A stretch of 64,000 bases of DNA from a virus, in IMG/VR virus record IMGVR_UViG_3300033149_000928, positions 1 to 64,000 of that record; one strand, 5' to 3'. A model generated the notes under the pieces. That model saw only the letters and a program-made list of their open reading frames with translations, was not told where the DNA came from and made no database searches. Shown here one piece after another: positions 1 through 9,706 of the stretch; the first letter of the stretch is position 1, and the number at the start of each line of letters is the position of its first letter. The translations under genes and the position numbers were made by a program.

Positions 1-688
1 CTCCGCATTCCTTAGTGGCAATACCTTCATTCTCTGCAATGAAGCAGGGAATAAATGTTCCGACTCTCTCGCTACTATGAAATGTCCAGGCTTCTCGAAA
101 TCTATCTGCTTTATATTTGAGATACCGAGTTGCATCTGAATAAAGATAGAGTGCAAGGCTCTGTATACGGTATCTTCCATTAATTGATATTTGGTTTGTA
201 TGGTGCCCTTTAATAACTCTTGTTCCAAGTATCTTGGCAACCATTGATAACAGGTCTTTTGAAGCATGGCAGATAGTCGAATGAAAATTTCTACATTGTC
301 CGTTATCTGATATTGAGACTGAACCATCTGCATCAAAAAGTCCTCGGATAAAGTGTCGGATGTAGTCTTCATCGAGGACTGGGAATTGACGTTCGGGTTT
401 TCTAGGCATAGATAACCATTCTGCTCCAAAAAGTACAAGCTCCCCATTATTTGGGATTTTAGTACATTTAATGTCTCTGGCAAATTGTTGTACAAGTTCA
501 ATTTCCTTAACACAAAGCTTACTTCTGTAAGTACCTTTTTGTTTATAGACTGAACCATCTCCATACCAGAACCCAAGCCAATATGCTTTTTGTTCTGTGT
601 CAATACTGTCGAAGTAGTGGGTATCCCAATAGACCCATCTGTTATTAGCATGTGAGCTTGTGTTAAATTCTTTGCTCGGACATGACAT
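1..688 (-). CDS. LAGLIDADG homing endonuclease in an alternative frame inside the intein
   Basis: AGGAGA RBS and ATG at 688; YFDSIDTEQKAYWLGFWYGDGSV and HFIRGLFDADGSV (two LAGLIDADG motifs); open to the window edge. Confidence 0.85.
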   Translation of the reverse strand, partial: MSCPSKEFNTSSHANNRWVYWDTHYFDSIDTEQKAYWLGFWYGDGSVYKQKGTYRSKLCVKEIELVQQFARDIKCTKIPNNGELVLFGAEWLSMPRKPERQFPVLDEDYIRHFIRGLFDADGSVSISDNGQCRNFHSTICHASKDLLSMVAKILGTRVIKGHHTNQISINGRYRIQSLALYLYSDATRYLKYKADRFREAWTFHSSERVGTFIPCFIAENEGIATKECG

Positions 689-918
689 AATTCATCTCCT
701 AGTATAGCTAAAAACAAATGATCTTTACCTACTTTTATATTATGATTATCCACTTTAATATGTATACATTCCATTTCTTTTTCAACAATACGATAAGCTT
801 CAACTGTAATAATATCACCATTTTCATCGTAACAATGCAATCTTGGTTTAGCTCTAGAATTACATTTATACCATGCTTCAATAGAAGCACCATCTACCTC
901 ATAATCACCATCAAGACA
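1..918 (-). mobile_element. Intein in helicase Walker A (N-terminal splicing region visible; C-terminus outside window)
   Basis: Block A CLDGDYEV directly after AEMG; block B-like IKVGKDHLFL followed by VRAKNL. Confidence 0.75.
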
Positions 919-1284
919 TCCCATCTCGGCCGCCCAAACACCATAATGAACAGTAAGTCCGTGTTCAACCATTTCAATTTGATGTTTATATAATGAACGG
1001 TCAGTCTTACATACTACAGGATTCTTAGTATAATTATCATAACGCTCATATGGATTCTGACCCATGAGAAAAGAGAGTTGGAAGATATTCCTTCCACTGT
1101 TTTTAATACTCCAAAGTTTACGAGGATTCTCTTTATCATAACCATGCCATTTGGCACCCTCGAAACTTTTTATCTCAGCTATTAATGTTTTATTATAAGG
1201 TGTTTTCAGAAATATCCTACCACCTTCTACTTCCATACCACACCGAACAAACTTACCTTTTGCTATTAACTTTATCTCTTCCAT
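1..1284 (-). CDS. SF2/SNF2-type helicase N-terminus interrupted by an intein (runs off left edge)
   Basis: Hand translation from ATG at 1284 (GAGGG RBS): MEEIKLIAKG...LYKHQIEMVEHGLTVHYGVWAAEMG|CLDGDY. Q-motif LYxHQ and Walker A start AEMG. Frame stays open to position 1, so it is missing from the ORF track. Confidence 0.75.
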   Translation of the reverse strand, partial: MEEIKLIAKGKFVRCGMEVEGGRIFLKTPYNKTLIAEIKSFEGAKWHGYDKENPRKLWSIKNSGRNIFQLSFLMGQNPYERYDNYTKNPVVCKTDRSLYKHQIEMVEHGLTVHYGVWAAEMGCLDGDYEVDGASIEAWYKCNSRAKPRLHCYDENGDIITVEAYRIVEKEMECIHIKVDNHNIKVGKDHLFLAILGDELCHVRAKNLTQAHMLITDGSIGIPTTSTVLTQNKKHIGLGSGMEMVQSINKKVLTEVSFVLRKLNLYNNLPETLNVLKSQIMGSLYFLEQNGYLCLENPNVNSQSSMKTTSDTLSEDFLMQMVQSQYQITDNVEIFIRLSAMLQKTCYQWLPRYLEQELLKGTIQTKYQLMEDTVYRALHSIFIQMQLGISNIKQIDFEKPGHFIVARESEHLFPASLQRMKVLPLRNAE

Positions 1285-1305
1285 AATTATTTTCCCTCGG
1301 CTGCC

Positions 1306-1803
1306 TTATTTTTCCTTCAAACATACGGTGCCATCTTCAAGATTAACTCTACTATAATTTCCCCATACAGCTTTGAAGTCATGTTCTTCAAAAATACTCA
1401 ATACCAACATAAAGAATATCCTACGATGCTTTTCGTTATCTGAATCCAAGGAAAGGTTGGAGACTATGGTATCTTTCCACTCTCTCAATGTACCTGATAG
1501 CAAAGAGATTTGATTTAGTAAATCAACTTTCTTTATAGACCCATACCATTCAAATTCAATTTCGGAAGCAATAAATACAATCGAGATGGCATCCAAATTA
1601 AGATTACCATCTCTAATGGTTTTAAAAGGTTCTGAGGTTCTTCCGGCTATTTCATTTAAAGTAAGAGCAAAAGTTAATTGCTCATTGAATCTCAATTTAG
1701 ATGCGTCTAAATTACGTGTTGGGGCTTCTCCTAATTTCTCTTTGCAAAAGGACATATACTTAGTCCAATCAATATTAGTGAATCCTATTAACTCAATACG
1801 CAT
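1306..1803 (-). CDS. Hypothetical protein, possibly degenerate ThyX-like fold
   Basis: 165-aa ORF; LSGTLREWKD weakly resembles the ThyX C-terminal region; no RHR signature. Confidence 0.35.
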   Translation of the reverse strand: MRIELIGFTNIDWTKYMSFCKEKLGEAPTRNLDASKLRFNEQLTFALTLNEIAGRTSEPFKTIRDGNLNLDAISIVFIASEIEFEWYGSIKKVDLLNQISLLSGTLREWKDTIVSNLSLDSDNEKHRRIFFMLVLSIFEEHDFKAVWGNYSRVNLEDGTVCLKEK

Positions 1804-1809
1804 TACTAA

Positions 1810-1840
1810 TCCTATCTACCCTATCTACCCTATCTACCCT
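1810..1840. repeat. 9-bp tandem repeat (CCTATCTAC) x3
   Basis: tcctatctaccctatctaccctatctaccct read directly. Confidence 0.8.
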
Positions 1841-1899
1841 AAAAATACGGGTAAGGGTCATATTCTGCTGAGCATATGACCACTACCCTGTTTAATTTT

Positions 1900-2284
1900 T
1901 GGTGGAGACGGCGGGAATCGAACCCGCGTCCTGCGATAAATCTGGTATGAGTTGCTACGTGTGTAGTTGGTGTTCTGTATCCGGCACACCAACAAGCCTC
2001 TCACGTTACTTCCCGTGATTCCAGTCAGATTAATTTCGGTGAGGTACGACCTTGACTTATCATATCCACACCATAGCAGAGTAGTGACCGTACTAACGAT
2101 TACGCTGCCACCTTATCGCTTTCTGGGCTAGGCTTTAAGCAGCCTTAGCAGACTGACCGAAATCAGCATTGATTACGTTATTGGCAGTTAATTTTGTAAT
2201 CGGCTTTTTAACGCGGCCAACCGATCAACCGCGACACGCAACTCAAACTTTTTCTATCCAGTCGATACCTAAAATTTCGTCCCC
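1900..2284 (-). ncRNA. ssrA: tmRNA; tag peptide ANNVINADFGQSAKAA*
   Basis: 5' GGGGACG pairs with 3' CGTCTCC-ACCA including the G3-U Ala determinant; T-arm GCGGGTTCGATTCCCGC; TAACT resume context; tag ORF 2185->2135 ends AA-TAA. Confidence 0.95.
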
Positions 2285-2462
2285 AAATTAAATAAATCAG
2301 TCTCGGCATACTGACATGACCCTTTAATACCAACTGCCACTTTATATCATTTAAACATCCTAAACCTGAGTGGCACGTAGGGCTTTTCCCCTGATCTTGT
2401 ATACTGGGCTCGCGAACCAGATCAAAAGACTAGCGAGTTCATACTGGTACTACTGTACCTAC

Positions 2463-3113
2463 CTATCGTTCACGCTCACTTTCGGGTGCAGCCTCCGCAG
2501 CTTCCGTCGAAGCTACATTAGCAAACTTCATTGCTTGGGCTTTGATTTCTTCTGGATCGGGAATATCAAAAGCAGTACTACAAGGAATAATCAAAGGCCC
2601 ATGCCAACTGTACTTTCCCTTCTCAATATAATGAGTCTTGAAAGTAGCAGCCTTCCGAACTAACTTTATGATATTCTTAGACTCCCGCCTTGAGGTAGCA
2701 CTAGAACAAAGATACGTAGCGAAAGCCTTAACACTATCAACATACAAAAGAAACTCTGGTCCCCACATACATCCAGAATCCCTAACCTTGGACTCCTCTT
2801 CAATACGCTTAAACTCAGCGCTGTCACGCACATGATTGAAAACCGGTGCGTCGCCATCGCTGAAGTCCAAAGCAGTAAAACGCATATGAACCACAAGAAC
2901 GTCGATTTGATTTGTTAAATCAACCACATCATCTTCCGCCCTTATTAATGCGTAATTACCTGCTTTGGCCAAGTCTTTCTTACAGACTTTTGAAGAGGAA
3001 TCCACAACCTGCAACCGAGGGAGATAATCTCCACCAACAATTTCTTTAAACTCTTTCTCGGATACTGGAAGTGTAGGCATTCCATCCATTGGTACAAGTT
3101 CATTTTCTGGCAT
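2463..3113 (-). CDS. Phage replication-region protein, possibly SSB-like
   Basis: 216 aa, AGGAG RBS, YLPRLQ motif, acidic/Ala C-terminal tail; function inferred from context only. Confidence 0.4.
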   Translation of the reverse strand: MPENELVPMDGMPTLPVSEKEFKEIVGGDYLPRLQVVDSSSKVCKKDLAKAGNYALIRAEDDVVDLTNQIDVLVVHMRFTALDFSDGDAPVFNHVRDSAEFKRIEEESKVRDSGCMWGPEFLLYVDSVKAFATYLCSSATSRRESKNIIKLVRKAATFKTHYIEKGKYSWHGPLIIPCSTAFDIPDPEEIKAQAMKFANVASTEAAEAAPESERER

Positions 3114-3153
3114 ACTTCTCTCCTAAAATGTTTGTGTAGATGTTAGTGATTGA

Positions 3154-4110
3154 TTAAGCGGGATTTCCCGCTGCCGCCGCTTTCTCTGCCGCATCCTTCT
3201 CTTTCTTCGCATCCCGTTCAGCCTTACGCTTAGCCTTAGCTTCTATGAGTTCAGCCTTACGCTGTTCCCACTTAGCTTGATCCACCGCAATACTATCAGG
3301 ATCAACCTGAAGGAGCCACTTGATAGCCATATCAAAACCTTCTTCGGCTGTCCCAAGGGAATGCTTATTACAAAGAGACTTACCAACTTCACCCTTCAAC
3401 AGTTCATCCTTAACCTGCGACACCTTACGGACGCGCGGATTCGGCTGGAACTCTTCGGGCTTGGGGTCTCTACCTTCACGCTTGGCTGAACGAATCTCTC
3501 CCAAACGAGTAGTAACTTCAGGGATAAACTTCTGAGGGGTATCTGTCTGAGCACGATCCGAGAAGTTAGCCTGCTCTTCAGGAGGGAGCTTGGCAAGATG
3601 GTTAGCATTCGTCACGCAAATGTCTCCATCATCTACCATCTTCGCAATGCTATCTGTCAACTTGACCAGACCCAACCGTTCACTCAACCATGCCGGACTA
3701 ATAGACAGATTCTCCGACAGGGCTGACATCGTGAGAAACGGACTGAGAGCCAACAAACGATTAAGCTGCTTTGCATACTCCGCAGGGCGCGTCTCAATCT
3801 TATGCAGGTTCGTTGCCAACTGAGCTTCCAATACTTGCCCCTCGTCCATGTCCTTGAGAAGCATCGGAATCTCTTCGAGTCCTGCATCCTTCGCAGCATT
3901 GAATCGCTGCAACCCGTCAATCAGACCAATGTACTCCTCACCAGTCTGCGGGTCTTGACAAACACGGCCAAGAGGCGGGTTCAAAATTCCTTTCGCCTTG
4001 ATTGAACCAACAAGCTCTTGGTACTTCGGGCTATCCCGCTTAACATCTCGGAGCGCGGCGGGGTTCTCGCGAATCTCTCCCAATTTCACAATCTTCACTT
4101 CTTGACCCAT
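3154..4110 (-). CDS. ParB/RepB/Spo0J-family protein
   Basis: YQELVGSIKAKGILNPPL, LIDGLQRFNAAKDAGLEEIP, LATNLHK (ParB N-domain; DGxxR arginine patch variant), then HTH-like MSALSENLSISPAWLSERLGLVKL. Confidence 0.85.
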   Translation of the reverse strand: MGQEVKIVKLGEIRENPAALRDVKRDSPKYQELVGSIKAKGILNPPLGRVCQDPQTGEEYIGLIDGLQRFNAAKDAGLEEIPMLLKDMDEGQVLEAQLATNLHKIETRPAEYAKQLNRLLALSPFLTMSALSENLSISPAWLSERLGLVKLTDSIAKMVDDGDICVTNANHLAKLPPEEQANFSDRAQTDTPQKFIPEVTTRLGEIRSAKREGRDPKPEEFQPNPRVRKVSQVKDELLKGEVGKSLCNKHSLGTAEEGFDMAIKWLLQVDPDSIAVDQAKWEQRKAELIEAKAKRKAERDAKKEKDAAEKAAAAGNPA

Positions 4111-4162
4111 TACACCTTCCTCCTATGAGAAAGCCAATGCACCATTGCATTGGCAAAAGGTT

Positions 4163-4292
4163 TTTGATTTACTAAATCAAGAGTCAGGGATACAAGTCTA
4201 TAGTCTGCCGTAGGGGGAGTTATGTCATCAGGCGATCCGGTCCACACGGGGCAGGAAGGGGAGTACCCTGACTCTTGATTTAGTAAATCAAA
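4163..4292. repeat. 27-bp perfect inverted repeat, 76-nt spacer, each arm containing the 17-bp palindrome
   Basis: TTTGATTTACTAAATCAAGAGTCAGGG at 4163-4189 and its exact reverse complement at 4266-4292. Confidence 0.9.
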
Positions 4293-4391
4293 CATAAACA
4301 CTATCATCCATACACTCAAATTGATTTGATTTTATTGATTTGATTTTGTACAACTGTGTCCGTATAATTCTGGACCTTCTCGCCTATCTCT

Positions 4392-4421
4392 ATTATACGT
4401 CAATTTTGCTCGGAAAGATAG
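4392..4421 (-). promoter_or_regulatory. Putative phage promoter CTAKCTTT-N14-CGTATAAT (leftward)
   Basis: ctatcttt-ccgagcaaaattga-cgtataat; same spacing as the copies at 4667 and 43156. Confidence 0.7.
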
Positions 4422-4666
4422 GCTTTTTTCAGAATAATTTATTACTACTTTGTAATGAAATGTTACACTTACTAACTACTACTTTTCTCAGTTACCTTGT
4501 ATATTATTGTATTGTATTTATACTACTATATAGGTAACTCAAACTATTAGTAGTTAGTAAGGAAAATAGTATAAGTCTATATACAGTAAGGACTTACAGG
4601 ATTTCTTACCTTACTATTCTGGTAAGTCGTTGCCATATAAGGACTTACCCGATTCCCGAAAAATGA

Positions 4667-4696
4667 CTATCTTTTTGGTCGTTTTTTGCGTATAAT
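4667..4696 (+). promoter_or_regulatory. Putative phage promoter CTAKCTTT-N14-CGTATAAT (rightward, replication operon)
   Basis: ctatcttt-ttggtcgttttttg-cgtataat upstream of the plus-strand operon starting at 4781. Confidence 0.7.
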
Positions 4697-4780
4697 AAGG
4701 GGAACGAAGATATCGGAACAAAATCAATTTATTAAATCAAATCAAAGAAAGTTGATTTACTAAATCAAAAGGAGGAAAGT

Positions 4781-5011
4781 ATGAGTGTGATGGCATGTAG
4801 TAGAAGAGGATGTGAACATGTAATGTGTGATAGGTATTCATCTAAACATGGATATATTTGTGGTGATTGTTTCAGTGAGTTATTAGAGTCTGGACTTGAT
4901 ACAAATATTAAAGAGTTTATGGATAGTGAACCTGGCTCAACAATCTTAGAAGAAAGTATTGATCGTTATCTAAAAGAATTTCCTATGCCTAAACCTGAAC
5001 TTCCCTATTAA
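4781..5011 (+). CDS. Small Cys-rich (zinc-finger-like) hypothetical protein
   Basis: AGGAGG RBS; CSRRGC, C and CGDC motifs. Confidence 0.6.
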   Translation: MSVMACSRRGCEHVMCDRYSSKHGYICGDCFSELLESGLDTNIKEFMDSEPGSTILEESIDRYLKEFPMPKPELPY

Positions 5012-5036
5012 TTGATTTAGTAAATCAAAGAAAGGA

Positions 5037-5246
5037 ATGAACATGAAATTACATGCTACACCAGAAGCAGCATCGTCAAGTGGAGACATCCCTAAGTTCC
5101 TCCCAAAGAAATGTCCTTATACTGGTACTTTGGAAGAAGGTCGAATATGTGGAAATTGGTGTCCACACTTTATATTCCCTAAACAAGGGAGCACCGTAAA
5201 GTTGACTTGTGGTGGTCAAGAGAATGTTATTATGTTGGAGGACTGA
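5037..5246 (+). CDS. Small Cys-containing hypothetical protein
   Basis: AAGGA RBS; CP...CGNWCPHF...C. Confidence 0.55.
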   Translation: MNMKLHATPEAASSSGDIPKFLPKKCPYTGTLEEGRICGNWCPHFIFPKQGSTVKLTCGGQENVIMLED

Positions 5247-6067
5247 TGGAAAAATATGATGAATCAAAATTACGGGAACTGGGGTTTGTGGATAGGAAAA
5301 CTCCTTGGGTTTCTGGATTAGAGAAAGATATAGGTGGAGGTCTTCGAATAGTTGCAGTCTCGGAAGGTATGTATAGCGACCTCCTTCTTATGGTACATTG
5401 TAATCTTGTAAGTAGCTTTAAACTAGAAAGTATAAATAAAGAAGAAATCAATAAAAATATCAACGAGTCAGTTGATAGTATGAAAGTAGCACTAAATGAA
5501 GTAGAGGGGATATAACATGAACTATAAAGAAGTCCTTAGATCATTAGGATTCACACAATGTGTTAGTCCTTATGAAATGGAATTAACATTAAAAAATGGG
5601 TACACATTATACTGTATCTATAAACCGCATACAAGTGATATTGAGTTTCGATTAAAAATAATACTCCAAGGGTGTTTTCCTTGTGATGCAATGGATATAA
5701 ATAAAGAAAACCTCAACAAAAGATTAAGTTATATTATGGAGATTATACGTGAATTAATTGATGAACCTTTACCTGAGATTAAGGAGAAACAATGAGTAAA
5801 ATCAATAAAGAAGCACTATTAGCTTTAGGCTTTATACAGGACAAAGAAGGAGTAATGAAGAAATTAATAAATGAAGAGTTAGGTTTAATAGTCTCATGGG
5901 ATAGTCTTAATAAAAAATATCGCTTTACCTTGGACACTTGGATGCAAGTCGATTTCCTCTCAGCAGAAGTAAATAAAGAAGAGATTGATAACAATACTAT
6001 CTTAGGTCTGGAAGCAATGGTAAAAGTATTGGTTAGCACACTTAAAGGACTCAAGGATGCCTCCTGA
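5246..6067 (+). other. Three tandem, apparently paralogous ~90-aa genes (5246-5515, 5517-5795, 5792-6067)
   Basis: Shared N-terminal LRELGF/LRSLGF/LLALGF and C-terminal INKEEINKN/INKENLNKR/VNKEEIDNN. Confidence 0.6.
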
Positions 6068-8774
6068 TAGTAGCCCAACTAAAACCGAAGCAATAAAACG
6101 TTTTCTTATGGCTAAGGCTCCTAAGGACTTAGCTGAAGCATATAATATCGGTATGGAATGTCAAGTAAACGTTGCTCAAGATGATGGTGAACGTGTCGAA
6201 GATTCATATAAAGGTAGACAGTGGCATGGTTGGACTAATGGTATGGAAATGTGGAAGTCATTCCGTATTCCATATAAGGCTAACTCTGCTCCTGAATATG
6301 AAGATAAGAAAATGAGTTTTGATTTAGTAAATCATGCTGAGGGTATTGGCATGACTGGATGGGATTGGAAGAACTTAGTCAGTAAATGGGTGGCTTATGA
6401 TTTCGATGCCATTGTCGGGCATCACGAAAAACACAATAATAAACTCTCACCACAACAACTTGAGGAGGTTAAAAATGCTGCAATGGATGTGGATTGGATT
6501 ACAATACGGAAAAGTACTTCGGGGAAAGGGCTTCACTTATATGTCTATCTTGAAAATATATCTACAGCTAATCACACTGAGCATTCAGCGTTGGCTCGAT
6601 CAATCTTAGGTAAACTCAGTGCTATGACAGGTTTCGACTTCGGAACGAAAGTAGATGCCTGTGGGGGTAATATGTGGATATGGCATCGGAAGATGGAGGG
6701 TACTGATGGTCTTTCAATTATTAAAGAAGGTGGAGTATTAAAAGATATCCCTCCAAACTGGAAAGACCATGTGAAAGTAGTATCTGGAACACGGCGGCGT
6801 GTAGACATCGTAAACGTCGATAACATTAATAGTTTTGAAGAATTAGCAGGGCAATGTAATCGAGTACCATTAGACGAGGAACATAAGAAACTGATTAAAT
6901 TCCTCCAAGATAAAGAAGCTTTCCATTGGTGGGATGCTGACCATCATATGTTAGTATGTCATACTAAAGACCTTGAAGAAGCACATGATGCTTTGAATAT
7001 GCAAGGAATATTTAAAACTAATAGTGAAGGTACTGATCGTAATGAACAAAACGCCTTTGCTTTTGTTATGCGTAAAGGAGCATGGAATGTTAGACGTTAT
7101 ACTCGCGGAATACAGGAAGACCTTTCCTGGGAACAAGATGGTCAAGGATGGACAAAGTGTTATTTAAATCGTATCCCTAACCTCAAAGTAGCCGCGTTGA
7201 GTTCCGAGGGCTTAGAACATGAGAATGGTTCATATATTTTCCAACACGCTTCCTCCGCAGCGAATGCAGCTTTAAAGCTTAAAGCTAATATTGATTTACC
7301 AAATCAAGTTTTAGGGCGTAGTGCTGCACTTAAACAACATAAGGACGGTAGACGTATTATAATGACAATGGAACATCGTCCTCAAGACTCGAATATACCA
7401 GGATGGTTATTTGAAAAAGGTAAATGGAAACGTATCTTTGATGTTGTAGCCTCAGACCCTATCGAAGCTGAGATGTCAAATTTCGATGAACTATCTAGGC
7501 ATCTCATTTCGGAGGGTTTAGAAGATGCGGGATGGTTAATACGTTCAGGACAGGAGTGGAAACAAGAACCCTTAGCCCATGTCCGGGTAGCCTTAGAGAG
7601 TATGGGTTTGAAACCTATTGAAGTAAAAGGCGTACTAGGATCAAGTGTTCTTAAACCTTGGAAACTCGTTAATAGACCTTTCCAACCAGAGTATATTGGT
7701 GATAGACAATGGAATCGTAATGCACCACAATATCGTTTTGTACCTTCCCTTGATAAAGAGGGACTAGAATATCCTACTTGGCTTAGTATTTTAAATCATA
7801 TAGGAACTAGTTTAGATATTGGAGTCCAAAGAAATGGATGGGCAAAAGCTAATGGAATACTTACCGGTTCCGACTACCTCAAATGTTGGATTGCTTCTTT
7901 ACTCCAAGAACCCCTGGAACCGCTTCCATATCTCTTTTTCTATGGGCCTCAAAACAGCGGAAAATCAATTTTCCATGAAGCTTTGAGTCTCCTCATTACT
8001 GCTGGATACACAAGGGCTGATCAGGCTCTTAAAAACCAACAGGGTTTTAATGGTGAACTAGAGAACGCTGTCCTCTGTGTTGTTGAGGAGACAAACCTAA
8101 GACAAAATAAACAAGCGGAGTTAAGGATAAAAGATTGGGTCACTGCAAGGATGTTACCAATACATAAGAAACGTAGAACACCATTTCTTATACCGAACAC
8201 AACCCATTGGTGTCAGGCAGATAATAGTTATGATGCTTGTCCAGTATTCCCAGGCGATACTAGGATAACAATGTTTAATGTTGATGCTCTTGAACCAATG
8301 GCATTAATACCGAAGAAGAAATTGATTCCTCTACTTGAGAAGGAAGCACCAGACTTCCTTGCGACATGTTTAAATCTTGAAATACCGGAATCCCCAGATA
8401 GACTCAACATTCCTGTTATTATCACTGACGAGAAACTACGTCTACAACAAGAGAATCGTACCGTATTAGAAATCTTCATTGAAGAGAATTATAAATATTA
8501 TCCTGGGAAGTGTATTAAGTTTGGTACTCTATATGATAGATTTCGAGAATGGCTTGATACAACAGAAATAATGAACTGGAGTAAAATTAAGTTTGGTCAT
8601 TACTTTACTGCTAATGCAAAGACTTTCCCGAAAGGTAGATCAACGAAGAACGGACAATGGTATATTGGAAATATCCATTCATCTGCACCGGAAACCCGTA
8701 ATAATGCAGATAAACTTATTCTTGAAGAGGATAAGTTAGTCCGTGCTGATGGAGCTAAGCTTAATTATGATTAA
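6057..8774 (+). CDS. Primase-helicase (AEP-type prim-pol N-domain plus SF3/D5-like helicase)
   Basis: AYDFDA and RKSTSGKGLHLY prim-pol motifs; Walker A YGPQNSGKS, FNGELENAVLCVVEET, GDTRI. Confidence 0.85.
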   Translation: MPPDSSPTKTEAIKRFLMAKAPKDLAEAYNIGMECQVNVAQDDGERVEDSYKGRQWHGWTNGMEMWKSFRIPYKANSAPEYEDKKMSFDLVNHAEGIGMTGWDWKNLVSKWVAYDFDAIVGHHEKHNNKLSPQQLEEVKNAAMDVDWITIRKSTSGKGLHLYVYLENISTANHTEHSALARSILGKLSAMTGFDFGTKVDACGGNMWIWHRKMEGTDGLSIIKEGGVLKDIPPNWKDHVKVVSGTRRRVDIVNVDNINSFEELAGQCNRVPLDEEHKKLIKFLQDKEAFHWWDADHHMLVCHTKDLEEAHDALNMQGIFKTNSEGTDRNEQNAFAFVMRKGAWNVRRYTRGIQEDLSWEQDGQGWTKCYLNRIPNLKVAALSSEGLEHENGSYIFQHASSAANAALKLKANIDLPNQVLGRSAALKQHKDGRRIIMTMEHRPQDSNIPGWLFEKGKWKRIFDVVASDPIEAEMSNFDELSRHLISEGLEDAGWLIRSGQEWKQEPLAHVRVALESMGLKPIEVKGVLGSSVLKPWKLVNRPFQPEYIGDRQWNRNAPQYRFVPSLDKEGLEYPTWLSILNHIGTSLDIGVQRNGWAKANGILTGSDYLKCWIASLLQEPLEPLPYLFFYGPQNSGKSIFHEALSLLITAGYTRADQALKNQQGFNGELENAVLCVVEETNLRQNKQAELRIKDWVTARMLPIHKKRRTPFLIPNTTHWCQADNSYDACPVFPGDTRITMFNVDALEPMALIPKKKLIPLLEKEAPDFLATCLNLEIPESPDRLNIPVIITDEKLRLQQENRTVLEIFIEENYKYYPGKCIKFGTLYDRFREWLDTTEIMNWSKIKFGHYFTANAKTFPKGRSTKNGQWYIGNIHSSAPETRNNADKLILEEDKLVRADGAKLNYD

Positions 8775-8961
8775 AGAAATTCTTAGCGCGCTTCAGCCGG
8801 AACAATACAAACAACTTATGTATGCTTTCGAGCAGGAGTTCTCGCAGATAATCATTTATGAACCGGGTAAATTTATCGGGGTCAATATCGGTAGTATTGG
8901 TAATCTTGATTTACTAAATCAAGAAGGGGTTTGGTCTATAGGAAGGGTGAAAGATGAATAA
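8767..8961 (+). CDS. Hypothetical protein
   Basis: Short ORF overlapping both neighbours; start chosen at the ATG of MIKEIL. Confidence 0.5.
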   Translation: MIKEILSALQPEQYKQLMYAFEQEFSQIIIYEPGKFIGVNIGSIGNLDLLNQEGVWSIGRVKDE

Positions 8962-9706
8962 GTGTGAATGCGGAGAAGAAATTAACCCTCTTCAAAATGT
9001 AAGAGTAGGGTATGGTTTTAAATGTAAATGTAATCGTATATACACCAAACAAAATGGAGAATGGGTTTTAACTAAAGATGATAGTGAAAAGACAGTGCAC
9101 GATAAAGAATATTTCTTCATATGTAAATTCTGTGGAGTTAAAAATACACTTGAATATGAAGTATATGCAGGAGCAGAACTTAGGTGTGGAAGTTGTGATG
9201 AATTAGGGGTATATGAGAAAGGACTTAGACCAGGACCAGATATAGTCAAATGTGAATGTGGTAAAGAACACGATGCTAAAGAAGTAGGTGCATTCTACAC
9301 TTGTGCCTGCGGTAAAATATATACCTTTGCCTATGGAGAATGGATGTGGGATTCAGAACCACAAACCGATCCAACAGAAGGTAGGAAGTTCGATCAAGAG
9401 AAACAGCGTTGGGATTTAGTGCCTATGGGTACATTCCGTCAGATTGTTCGAGTCTTAACTCATGGGGCAGGGAAATATGCCCCTGAGAACTGGAAACATG
9501 TTAAGGATGCAAGAAATAGATATTACGCTGCGGCCAAAAGACATATTGAAGATTGGTGGGAAGGTGGTACTAACGATGAAGAAACAGGTATCCACCTTCT
9601 TGCTCATGCTTGTTGTTGTTTACTTTTTCTTATGTGGTTTGATTTAACAAATCAAAAGGAGCATAAGCCTCGAAAGACAAGTGGAGATACTAATGAACAA
9701 ACATAA
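8954..9706 (+). CDS. Zn-ribbon repeats fused to dATP/dGTP diphosphohydrolase (DUF5664-like)
   Basis: CECG/CKFC/CGSC/CACG motifs, then GRKFDQEKQRWDLVP, GAGKYAPENWK, YYAAAKRH, DEETGIHLLAHACCCLLFL. Confidence 0.8.
   Translation: MNKCECGEEINPLQNVRVGYGFKCKCNRIYTKQNGEWVLTKDDSEKTVHDKEYFFICKFCGVKNTLEYEVYAGAELRCGSCDELGVYEKGLRPGPDIVKCECGKEHDAKEVGAFYTCACGKIYTFAYGEWMWDSEPQTDPTEGRKFDQEKQRWDLVPMGTFRQIVRVLTHGAGKYAPENWKHVKDARNRYYAAAKRHIEDWWEGGTNDEETGIHLLAHACCCLLFLMWFDLTNQKEHKPRKTSGDTNEQT

Noticed and set aside
4110-4319. 69-aa ORF upstream of parB
   Set aside because: Coincides with the inverted repeat; DLLNQ/DLVNQ are just the palindrome; no convincing RBS.
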